Below are positions 21,546-30,079 of a DNA stretch of 64,000 nucleotides, in pieces. A program made the translations under genes and the position numbers. How positions within the stretch are numbered: the first letter of the stretch is position 1; every line of letters starts with the position of its first letter. The DNA comes from an uncultured Candidatus Saccharibacteria bacterium (lineage in GTDB: Bacteria > Patescibacteriota > Saccharimonadia > Saccharimonadales > JAGQNJ01). A model generated the notes under the pieces. The model was not told where the DNA came from, ran no database searches, and saw only the letters and a list, made by a program, of their open reading frames with translations. The stretch is from NCBI GenBank assembly GCA_964602865.1, contig CAZRSX010000002.1, positions 46,872 through 110,871 of the forward strand, read 5' to 3'.

Positions 21546-22307
21546 ATGGCAGAGCGCAGCCCAGAATTCACAGCAGAAGCAGCACACTATAATATGGACC
21601 TGCTCGCTGGTAACTCTTACCCGGGTAGAGGTCTTGTACTGGGCCAAAGCGCGGATGGACAGTCACTTGTACAGGTCTATTGGATTACTGGGCGTAGCGA
21701 CCCGTCAAAAAATCGCACCATCCTGGAAAAAGATGGCGAGATCTGGACCGAGCCGTATGACAAAAGTAAAGTAATTGATCCGCTCACCGTCTACCAACTC
21801 ATGGGTCAGGCCGGTGTGTGGCATGTTGTGTCTAATGGCGCCCAGACAGCGGATGTCGTACAAGCCATGGGGCGCACTGGTGAAGAGTCTGGTTTCAGAA
21901 GAGCCCTAGACAAACATACCTACGAGCCAGATTCACTTGCCACACCGCGTATTACCGGCATGTCGAGTGCGCAGAGCGGAACTGTTGAACATCGTTTCTC
22001 GATTATTCGCCGCGGTGATGACGGCAAGCCGATAAGAGACTCCTACTCTACCTGCGATTGGAATAGTGCGAATGGACGATCGTATGGACTTGGTCGTGCC
22101 ATACAAACCTATGAACATAATGGCGACCCAGTACCTTCATTTGAAGGAGGACCCTATACACTACCACTCGGCAACGGTGCGGAAGATAGTGCAGGCCTGT
22201 ATTGGGACACGCTCGATCCAACGAAGAAAGTGTCGTTAGTCGCTAAACAGATAAACAAAGCAACGGGCGACATAACACTCAGCATCAAAAACGCCATTGA
22301 AAGCTAA
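21546..22307 (+). CDS. purO: IMP cyclohydrolase, archaeal PurO type
   Basis: YPGRGLVLGQSADGQSLVQVYWITGRSDPSKNR, VVSNGAQTADVV, YEPDSLATPRI align with the recalled Methanocaldococcus PurO; SD gaggag. Confidence 0.7.
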   Translation: MAERSPEFTAEAAHYNMDLLAGNSYPGRGLVLGQSADGQSLVQVYWITGRSDPSKNRTILEKDGEIWTEPYDKSKVIDPLTVYQLMGQAGVWHVVSNGAQTADVVQAMGRTGEESGFRRALDKHTYEPDSLATPRITGMSSAQSGTVEHRFSIIRRGDDGKPIRDSYSTCDWNSANGRSYGLGRAIQTYEHNGDPVPSFEGGPYTLPLGNGAEDSAGLYWDTLDPTKKVSLVAKQINKATGDITLSIKNAIES

Positions 22308-22449
22308 GTGACCCCGGCGGGATGACGCTGCACCCTTCGGGCTGGCTATTCCGTCGCTCCAGTGCTCGAAACTAAGAGGTAGTTTCTGCGCGCTTCACTC
22401 CTTACGAACCCATGCTTCGCATGACGGGTTCGAATACACAAGAATAAAC

Positions 22450-22487
22450 ATGAAAAAAGACCATCAAAATGATGATCTTGTTTCATG
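22450..22487 (-). terminator. hairpin immediately downstream of tRNA-Glu
   Basis: catgaaaaaagaccatc / gatgatcttgtttcatg stem (15 of 17 bp), loop aaaat, T-rich on minus strand. Confidence 0.4.
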
Positions 22488-22562
22488 GTGACCCCGGCGG
22501 GATTCGAACCCGCGATCTTCTGGATGAGAACCAGATATCCTAAACCGCTAGACGACGGGGCC
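22486..22562 (-). tRNA. tRNA-Glu(CUC)
   Basis: manual fold: acceptor GGCCCCG/CGGGGUC, anticodon loop UUCUCAU, T-arm GCGGG-UUCGAAU-CCCGC, encoded CCA. Confidence 0.85.
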
Positions 22563-22681
22563 TTGCTTGAACTACGCTATCCTAGCACATTTTTCCTCTG
22601 TTATCCACTCATTAATCAGTTTGTTAGCGCTTCTTATCTCTTTGCCCTTAACCCTGAGCCCTAGTATAATAAACCGTAAGC

Positions 22682-24034
22682 ATGTTTCAGTTTTTAATCA
22701 TTGGTGGGGTACTTGTTGGCGGATTACTGTTGGTGCTCGCTATTGTCACGCTTGTCAGCGGCCGCAGCAAGCAGCCCGCACAACCCAAACCGACCGCCGC
22801 CAAGAAAGAGAAGCATAAGCCAAACAAAAACCAGAGTCAGTTTGAATCCGACATTATTCTCGATGCCATAGAAGACGGCGTCATTATGGTTGATGCCAAC
22901 AAGACCATCCATACTTTTAATCCGGGTGCAAGCAAGATTACCGGCTGGCCCGTCGAAGAAGCCATCGGCCTCGATTATCATCTTGTACTGAAACTCATTG
23001 ATGATAAAGGGGCAGAGTACAAAGAAGAACAGCAGCCAATCAGCCGTGTATTGAGCCTGCAAACCACAACTCGCGATAATCAGGCGACACTGGTGTCACG
23101 GTCTGGCAAGCGGGTCGCGTTGCACATCAGCGCCTCGCCGCTACTCGACGATCAAGGTGCTATAACGGGCGCTGTTGCTGTGTTTCGCGATGTCAGCGAA
23201 GAACGCGGCGAAGAACGTCAGCGTGCCGAATTCATCAGCACTGCCTCGCATGAAATGCGCACACCGGTTGCTGCAATTGAAGGCTATCTGGCGCTGGCGA
23301 TGAACGAACGAGTCAGTAACATTGATGCTAAAGCGCGCGGCTATCTGGAAAAAGCCCACGCCTCAACACAACATCTCGGTCAATTATTTCAGGACCTGCT
23401 CACCTCAGCTAAAGCCGAGGATGGCCGTCTATCCAGCCACCCGGGCGTTGTTGAATTGGGCGAATTTCTCGAACAATTAACCGAAGATTTGCGCTTTAGT
23501 GCCCAGAAAAAAGGGCTCGGCATTGAGTACGTCATCGGCACAACCGGCGACACCATCGACGCCAGTGCCGACAACAACAAGGCCGTCCGGCCGCTGTACT
23601 ATGCGTATGTTGACCCCGATCGGATTCGCGAAGTTATCACCAATCTGTTTGATAACGCCGTCAAATACACTGATACAGGTAAGATCTCTATCGGCCTGAC
23701 TGGCGACAACAGTGTTGTGCAGTTTTATATCCGCGACACTGGAGCCGGCATCCCACCGGAAGACGTTTCGCACTTGTTTCAAAAATTCTACCGCGTTGAC
23801 AATTCGGCCACCCGGACAGTCGGCGGCACCGGCCTTGGCCTGTTTATTTGCCGCAAGATTGTCGAGCTGTACAATGGTCGCATTTGGGTAGAAAGCGAAG
23901 TAGGCAAGGGTAGTACGTTCTTTGTCAATCTGCCGAGACTTGATGGACAGAAAGCTCACCAACTGCAACTTCAGAATAGTCAGACCGCAACCGGACTGCC
24001 GCAGGTGCCCACACCCGGAGACACAACAACTTGA
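22682..24034 (+). CDS. sensor histidine kinase (TM, PAS, HisKA, HATPase)
   Basis: STASHEMRTPVAAIEGY; GGTGLGLFICRKIVELYNG. Confidence 0.85.
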   Translation: MFQFLIIGGVLVGGLLLVLAIVTLVSGRSKQPAQPKPTAAKKEKHKPNKNQSQFESDIILDAIEDGVIMVDANKTIHTFNPGASKITGWPVEEAIGLDYHLVLKLIDDKGAEYKEEQQPISRVLSLQTTTRDNQATLVSRSGKRVALHISASPLLDDQGAITGAVAVFRDVSEERGEERQRAEFISTASHEMRTPVAAIEGYLALAMNERVSNIDAKARGYLEKAHASTQHLGQLFQDLLTSAKAEDGRLSSHPGVVELGEFLEQLTEDLRFSAQKKGLGIEYVIGTTGDTIDASADNNKAVRPLYYAYVDPDRIREVITNLFDNAVKYTDTGKISIGLTGDNSVVQFYIRDTGAGIPPEDVSHLFQKFYRVDNSATRTVGGTGLGLFICRKIVELYNGRIWVESEVGKGSTFFVNLPRLDGQKAHQLQLQNSQTATGLPQVPTPGDTTT

Positions 24035-24096
24035 AACGACAAATGTATGCTACAATAAATGAAAACATAAGCATGTTAAAAGGACGGGTATAAATT

Positions 24097-25428
24097 ATGG
24101 CAAAAATCATGCTTGTCGAAGACGACAACAACCTGCGGCAGATCTATGAGGATCGACTGATTGCAGAAGGGTATACGGTCGTGTCAGCTGCAGACGGAGA
24201 GGCAGCGCTGGCGCTCGCAGTCAAAGAACGGCCAGATTTGATTATTGCCGATGTTATGATGCCAAAAGTCAGTGGGTTTGATATGCTTGATATCTTGCGC
24301 TCCACGCCCGAAACACGCGATGCCAAGATTATTATGATGACCGCATTGAGCCAGGCCGAAGATAAAACCCGCGCTGAGAAACTTGGTGCCGACAAATATT
24401 TAGTCAAGTCACAGGTAACTCTCGAGGATGTGGTTGAAGTCGCCAATCAAATGCTCAACGACCAACAAGCAGGTGCAAGTATCGCCGCGACCGGCGCGGT
24501 AACTTCTGAACCAAGCCAGCCAGCACCAACAACCCTAGCTCCAGCGCCAGCACCACAGACAGCGAGCATTCCGGTTAGCGCCCCGCCTGAGCCGACAGCG
24601 CCGCCTACGCAAGACGACCAAGCAGCGCAACCGGTGACGACACCAACGCCATCAGCGCCGGACGATACGAGCGGAACACCAATCCCTGTGAATATTTCGT
24701 CTGACAGCACAGCAGCTACAGATTCGCAGCAAGCCGTAGTCCCTGATTCAACTCCGGCCAGTGATCTGAAAGAATCAGATATGAAAGAAACCATTGACGA
24801 CTTTATCGCCTCTAATCCGACTCTGAGCTCTTCAGCCGAACCAAGCCAGATGGCTACACCGACACCAGTCCAGCCAGCTGCAGAAGTAACGTCAGCTCCC
24901 ACCGAAGAACCCGCTGTCCCGGCAGTCGAAACGCCTCAGCCACAGTCCGAACCAAAAACTATCCCTGTAACAACGCCTGAGCCCGTAGAAACTGCTCAGG
25001 AAACAGCAGCAGCTACACCAGTAGCTCCCGACCAAAGTGAGCAAGCTATGGCTGCGGTTGACGGACTGCTTGGTAAAACATCAGCCCAGGTCAACACGCC
25101 AGAAGCTGCAGAAGCGGCTCCGGACAAACCGTCTAACGAGTACGTATCTGAGAACGCTGGCGAGCCCGAACAATCGATGGCACACACCAAGCGTATTGAG
25201 CCTTTAAGCGACGGTGTCGCTGACCAGACTCCGAGTATTAACGAGTTATTAGCTCAAGAAGCCGACCATCCGGACCCCACGCCTCCAGCCGTGAACTCGG
25301 TTATTACACCAGGTGGCGGTTCAATTAGTCCATTACCAGGCTCAAGCGTGCAAGACGCCATCGCGGGTGGCAACGCGCCAGACGCCCAGAATGAGACAAC
25401 GCCAGACGCTAACAATATCACGCTGTAA
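24097..25428 (+). CDS. response regulator receiver with ~320-aa Pro/Thr/Ala-rich low-complexity tail
   Basis: receiver IIADVMMPKVSGFDMLDILR; no output domain; TGCTACAAT at 24041-24049. Confidence 0.75.
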   Translation: MAKIMLVEDDNNLRQIYEDRLIAEGYTVVSAADGEAALALAVKERPDLIIADVMMPKVSGFDMLDILRSTPETRDAKIIMMTALSQAEDKTRAEKLGADKYLVKSQVTLEDVVEVANQMLNDQQAGASIAATGAVTSEPSQPAPTTLAPAPAPQTASIPVSAPPEPTAPPTQDDQAAQPVTTPTPSAPDDTSGTPIPVNISSDSTAATDSQQAVVPDSTPASDLKESDMKETIDDFIASNPTLSSSAEPSQMATPTPVQPAAEVTSAPTEEPAVPAVETPQPQSEPKTIPVTTPEPVETAQETAAATPVAPDQSEQAMAAVDGLLGKTSAQVNTPEAAEAAPDKPSNEYVSENAGEPEQSMAHTKRIEPLSDGVADQTPSINELLAQEADHPDPTPPAVNSVITPGGGSISPLPGSSVQDAIAGGNAPDAQNETTPDANNITL

Positions 25429-25445
25429 CGTGCTAAGCTGACGTC

Positions 25446-26123
25446 ATGAGAGTCAACAAGTATGTGGCCCTTGCCACCGGTTTGTCGAGACGGGCTGCAG
25501 ATGCCATCATCGTCAGCCAAGAGATCACCGTCAATGGCATGGTGGTCACGGCGGGCTATGATGTTCAACCAAACGACATCGTCAAGCGTGGCAAGCATAC
25601 TCTAAAACCAAAGGTTCATTCGACTACTATTCTGCTACACAAACCGGTAGGTTATGTTTGTTCACGGAACGGACAGGGAAGTAAAACGATTTATGAACTA
25701 CTACCCAAAGAGCTGCATCATCTCAAACCAGTCGGCCGCCTCGACAAAGATTCTTCGGGATTATTGCTCATGACCGACGACGGCGACCTGGCGCACCAGC
25801 TCACGCATCCGTCGTTCCAAAAAGAAAAAGTCTACGAGATTGAGCTTGATAAACCGCTGCCAGCGGAGGATTTCAGCAGCATAACCAGCAGTGGCGTCGA
25901 TATTGGCGACGACCGTCCAAGCCGGTTTTTACTACAAAAAGCAACTTCGAAATTCCAAAATCGTAATTCGAAATTCTGGCAGGCTACGCTTGCCGAAGGT
26001 CGCAACCGTCAGATCCGCCGCACCTTCGAAGCCCTGGACTACAACGTCACAAGTCTCCACCGTATCGCCTTTGGTTCGTACAAACTCGGCAATCTACCCG
26101 AAGGTAAATTACAACACAAATAA
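25446..26123 (+). CDS. rRNA pseudouridine synthase (RsuA/RluB family) with S4 domain
   Basis: catalytic VGRLDKDSSGLLLMTDDG. Confidence 0.8.
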   Translation: MRVNKYVALATGLSRRAADAIIVSQEITVNGMVVTAGYDVQPNDIVKRGKHTLKPKVHSTTILLHKPVGYVCSRNGQGSKTIYELLPKELHHLKPVGRLDKDSSGLLLMTDDGDLAHQLTHPSFQKEKVYEIELDKPLPAEDFSSITSSGVDIGDDRPSRFLLQKATSKFQNRNSKFWQATLAEGRNRQIRRTFEALDYNVTSLHRIAFGSYKLGNLPEGKLQHK

Positions 26124-26124
26124 A

Positions 26125-26291
26125 TTAGAACCCATCTCAAAACCTCTCTGGAGTTCGAAAAGAGTAATTGACGAGTAAGATGGTCATTTTGTTGTGACAA
26201 AATGCACCTGTCGGTACGTTGCGAAACAAAAAATGAGCAGCTTGCCGTCAATTCTCTTTGTAGATCAGATGGGATTTTGAGATGGGTTCTA
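26125..26291. mobile_element. 167-bp palindromic element with perfect 17-bp terminal inverted repeats, MITE-like, termini related to 7866..8033
   Basis: tagaacccatctcaaaa 26125-26141 vs ttttgagatgggttcta 26275-26291; internal cattttgttgtgacaaaatg palindrome. Confidence 0.45.
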
Positions 26292-27047
26292 GGGTAGTTG
26301 GCGTCTTTGCGGTTCAACAGGCTGCCAGCCAGTTAAACTGTCCTGGAGGGCGTGCACCCAGTCAAGACGATCTTCGTTCCGATCTTTTGTTTCTTCCAAG
26401 TGCTGCTTGTGATAATTTAGGGACCATGTCGCCGCTTCGACACGATCCAATCTGTACTGCTCACCAGACTGGCGCACTGGATGTTCCCGCTCTCTTGTGC
26501 CAGACGGCAATGATACTTCAAGCTGCTCTCTCATGAAGTTTTTTAGTCCAGCATGATCTTCGGTGGGCGGCTGCCATGATTCAACCTGCAGCAGCATTAC
26601 ACCATAACGCCTTGCGTGCTCTCTGTCTTCCCTTATTGATAGCAAGTAGTTTTTGACCTGTCGTTGGTAACTCTTTTCGGCTTCAGCTTCGGCCTGTTCG
26701 GCAGACCACGAATTCACATCCGCCAACTCTAAGACTGCCTTGGTGAAACCTTCCCTGTGATAATTGTCGTCAGTAACGACCAGTTCATCTGTTATCGGGG
26801 TCTCCAGAGCATGGTCTCGCATATTGACCAATGCACCGAAGCCTCGAGCACAAGTCATAGCAAATTCTGGAAATGATTCTATGGTGCCGCTTTCTACGCC
26901 AGCCGTATACCCAGTAGGCATTATGACCTCCTCACTGAAACTTAACTTAATAGAGCAAAGAATACTCTCTCTCTCTGAATCTGTCAAGCAAAGGAATAAA
27001 ATATGCTTGTTGTCAATCTTATCTACCTCTGTTATAATAGTTCTCAA
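26289..27047 (-). CDS. hypothetical protein
   Basis: 252-aa ORF, acidic; no motif recognised. Confidence 0.5.
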   Translation of the reverse strand: MRTIITEVDKIDNKHILFLCLTDSERESILCSIKLSFSEEVIMPTGYTAGVESGTIESFPEFAMTCARGFGALVNMRDHALETPITDELVVTDDNYHREGFTKAVLELADVNSWSAEQAEAEAEKSYQRQVKNYLLSIREDREHARRYGVMLLQVESWQPPTEDHAGLKNFMREQLEVSLPSGTREREHPVRQSGEQYRLDRVEAATWSLNYHKQHLEETKDRNEDRLDWVHALQDSLTGWQPVEPQRRQLP

Positions 27048-28366
27048 TGAGTAATGTTAAGGTTCCTATCGTGGCCATCGTCGGGCGTGCCAATGTCGGC
27101 AAGTCCAGCTTGTTCAACGCGGTCTTAAAACGACGCGAAGCTATTGTTGCTAATGAACCAGGTACTACCCGAGACGCCATCTCTGCCAAAGCCAGCTGGC
27201 AGGGCAGGGATTTTTGGCTCGTCGACACGGCCGGCATGAAAGACCCTGAGGATGACTTTGAGTTCACGATTCAGGAGCAAATCCAGCAGGCCACCGAAAG
27301 CGCCGATGTTATCTGGGTAGTGATTGAAGCTGATGCTGGCATCAGCGAAGAAGACCGACGCGTCGCCACGCTGGCACTTAAAAGCAAGAAGCCTGTCTTT
27401 TTGCTGGTCAATAAAGCTGATAAGACCCCGAAAGCCAGCGCCAGTGACTACCAACGCCTCGGCATTAAGTCCATTTTTCTGACTTCAGCCACACAGAACA
27501 GAGGTGTTGACGCGGCACTGGACGAACTTATTGACATCATTCCAAAGGCCAGCATCAAGACCGATCCGAATCGCATCGGCATCGCACTGCTGGGGCGACC
27601 CAATGTTGGCAAGTCAGCGTTGTTTAATGCACTAGCCAAAAAACAGCAGGCCATCGTCGCCGATCGTGCCGGTACGACCCGCGATATCAACCGCGCTACC
27701 GTCCGGTTCAATCAAAAGGACATCGAGCTGATGGACACCGCCGGTATTCGCCGGAGTGGCAAAATAGAACGGGGTATTGAGAAGTTCAGCGTTATCCGCT
27801 CTATCAGTGCTATCGAGCAAGCCGACATCTGCTTTGTACTGATGGACGCGAACGAGCTCGGTACAGCCTTGGACCAAAAAATCGTCGGCATGGTCAAAGA
27901 AGCCGGTAAGGGTCTGGTGCTCGTCATCAGCAAGTGGGACAGCGTCGATAAGGATGCTTACACTCATGATTCACTGTTGCCGCGCATCCGACACGAGTTT
28001 GATTTTGTACCCTGGGCCCCTGTAATCTTCACTAGTTCAATAACCGGGCAAAACGTCGCCAAGTTATTTGAACTGGCACAAGACATCAAGGTAGAGCGTT
28101 CAAAAACCATCAAAACCCCTGAGCTCAACCGCTGGCTACGTATGACGACCGACAAGCATCAACCAGCCGGGCTCAAAAACAGTACGCCAAAGCTCAACTA
28201 CATCGTGCAAGAAAACGACAATCCAACGCCAACCTTTCAGGTCTATGGCTCGCAAACCCGCCTATTGCACTGGAGCTACAAACGCTTTATGGAGCGCAAA
28301 CTGCGCGAGACTTTTGGCTATGAGGGCACACCCATTAAATTCTGGTTCTTTGATAAACGAAAATAG
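27047..28366 (+). CDS. der: GTPase Der (EngA), tandem GTPase domains plus KH-like domain
   Basis: GRANVGKSSLFN, DTAG, NKAD; second GRPNVGKSALFN; TGTTATAAT 8 nt upstream. Confidence 0.9.
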   Translation: MSNVKVPIVAIVGRANVGKSSLFNAVLKRREAIVANEPGTTRDAISAKASWQGRDFWLVDTAGMKDPEDDFEFTIQEQIQQATESADVIWVVIEADAGISEEDRRVATLALKSKKPVFLLVNKADKTPKASASDYQRLGIKSIFLTSATQNRGVDAALDELIDIIPKASIKTDPNRIGIALLGRPNVGKSALFNALAKKQQAIVADRAGTTRDINRATVRFNQKDIELMDTAGIRRSGKIERGIEKFSVIRSISAIEQADICFVLMDANELGTALDQKIVGMVKEAGKGLVLVISKWDSVDKDAYTHDSLLPRIRHEFDFVPWAPVIFTSSITGQNVAKLFELAQDIKVERSKTIKTPELNRWLRMTTDKHQPAGLKNSTPKLNYIVQENDNPTPTFQVYGSQTRLLHWSYKRFMERKLRETFGYEGTPIKFWFFDKRK

Positions 28367-28406
28367 AATTCTGGCTTCTCTAATCTAACTTCTGTATTCT
28401 AGCTGT

Positions 28407-29048
28407 ATGGGTTTATTTTATCGGCGCGAGACCACCAGCGACAAGCTGCCGCTCTATACTATTGGCAATCAAAAAACGGTGCTGATTGTAGGCCTCGGTA
28501 ACATCGGCAAGGAATACAATGACACCCGGCACAACGTCGGCTTTGCGTGCGTTGATGATTTTGCAGCAGCACAAGATTTTCCAGCGTGGGTTGAAAAAAA
28601 AGACCTCAAGTGTCATCTGACGCGCCAGGTCATTGGCGATACCAGTGTGGTACTCATCAAGCCAACGACTTATATGAATGAAAGCGGCCAGGCAATGTTT
28701 GCTGTGCAGAATTTTTATAAAATACCGTGTTCGGCGACCCTAGTTGTGCACGACGAGTTGGACCTAAACTTTGGTGAAATTCGCACCAAACAGGGCGGGG
28801 GACATGCTGGCAACAACGGCGTTAAATCAGTCATTCAGCACTGCGGCGAAGACTTCGCCCGCATTCGAGTAGGTATCAAAAACGACCACGCCGAGAAGAT
28901 GGATAGCGCCAACTTTGTGCTCGCTAAGTTTAGCAGCGATGAAAAGCGACAGATGCCAAAGATTACACAAGAGGTTAGTTCAATGCTCAGCGAATATATC
29001 GCCACCGGCCAACTTCCGACTGACACTCGTATGCCGCCTATACGGTAA
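28407..29048 (+). CDS. pth: peptidyl-tRNA hydrolase
   Basis: GLGNIGKEYNDTRHNVGF. Confidence 0.9.
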   Translation: MGLFYRRETTSDKLPLYTIGNQKTVLIVGLGNIGKEYNDTRHNVGFACVDDFAAAQDFPAWVEKKDLKCHLTRQVIGDTSVVLIKPTTYMNESGQAMFAVQNFYKIPCSATLVVHDELDLNFGEIRTKQGGGHAGNNGVKSVIQHCGEDFARIRVGIKNDHAEKMDSANFVLAKFSSDEKRQMPKITQEVSSMLSEYIATGQLPTDTRMPPIR

Positions 29049-29634
29049 CACCCGGGAGTGTTATATCGGCCACAATAAAATCAACTATCTGTAGCTCTCT
29101 CGACGTGCCGCTCATACCACAGTGAATAATCGGTTCTTTTTCGAGCCACCGGCCATTTACAGAAGCAAGTGCTTGGCGCAAAAATATTACATCCCCAACG
29201 CCATACTCCCAAATCAGGCTTGGAGCCGCACTTTCATCTCGTCCGAATAGAACAAAGTCGTCTTCATCGGCACCAAAGAAAGCCGGTGCTCCACTGATGG
29301 GCAAGAGCATCGAGAGACCACAGCCCGCAATGCCCCCGTCAACATGTCCGTATTCATGATCTTCGACTCCCTTAGCAGGGTGGCTATTTGAAGAACAATT
29401 GACAACCATCTCGCCGTACGTGTTGGCGTCAGTTATATAGGAAACTATGCTCCTTACTTCGGGAACCCTTGAGGTCAGCACCCCTAGATCCTGAGTGCCG
29501 CCCTTCTCTTGAACTCGGGCGATTGAGTCCTTGGATAGCAATCCTGTCACTTTTGCAGCGCCATCATCAATACAGGCCTTAAGTGCTTCAGGGCCAAATT
29601 CGGTGAACTCTGGTGAATAGTTGATGCTAATCAT
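29038..29634 (-). CDS. hypothetical protein
   Basis: 198-aa ORF; weak VVNCSSNS...GGIAG macro-like resemblance only. Confidence 0.45.
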   Translation of the reverse strand: MISINYSPEFTEFGPEALKACIDDGAAKVTGLLSKDSIARVQEKGGTQDLGVLTSRVPEVRSIVSYITDANTYGEMVVNCSSNSHPAKGVEDHEYGHVDGGIAGCGLSMLLPISGAPAFFGADEDDFVLFGRDESAAPSLIWEYGVGDVIFLRQALASVNGRWLEKEPIIHCGMSGTSRELQIVDFIVADITLPGVTV

Positions 29635-29644
29635 AATTTATACA

Positions 29645-30050
29645 ATCTAAAAGACCTCAAGAGGGGGTGGGCACCACTTGAGGTCTATTACACCCTTCAA
29701 CCCACCCCAGCGAAACAACAGAATAACTCCACGTAAAATCCTGTGTCTACCAAATGGTAACCGTTTAGGCTCACTTTGAAAACGGGGTACCCCGCTGAAG
29801 TAATCCCACAGGAAACTTCAACAGGTTACTAGTTAAAGGGATTAGTCTGTTTTAGAGCGCCCGCCGAGGCGGATGCAAGATAAGTGGAGGGTAACAACTT
29901 AGGCTCGCCGCTCTAAAACAACCTAACGTAATATCCATCCCCGAAGGAAATAGATAATGTTAGAATGGGGGTATAAGGTACGTAAGAAACCGCTAATGCG
30001 GACTTACGAATTGCAATTTTAGCAAAAACCTTTCATTGTGTCAATACTAA
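29645..30050. ncRNA. candidate structured ncRNA or cis-regulatory leader, unidentified
   Basis: 10-bp hairpin agacctcaag/cttgaggtct whose G-rich loop pairs with downstream cccacccca; nested hairpins; 11-bp stem gttttagagcg/cgctctaaaac; minus-strand TTGACA-17-TAAAAT at 30016-30044; no ORF of 60 aa or more. Confidence 0.3.
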
Positions 30051-30079
30051 AATATACTTTTGTATAAAAAACAAAAATC

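Noticed and set aside
22308-22485. Second tRNA, tmRNA or SRP RNA between purO and tRNA-Glu
   Set aside because: It contains only the last 16 nt of the tRNA and an unpaired TTCGAAT segment. No cloverleaf, tag reading frame or SRP domain IV motif could be built.
24447-24902. Minus-strand ORFs inside the response-regulator tail region
   Set aside because: They are generated by the GC-rich Pro/Thr/Ala codon repeats of the plus-strand gene and have no start context or motifs.
29830-29915. gttttagagcg...cgctctaaaac looks like a type II CRISPR repeat/anti-repeat (tracrRNA-like)
   Set aside because: Only a single inverted pair exists, with no repeat-spacer array and no cas genes in the window. It is more simply a hairpin of the structured intergenic RNA.
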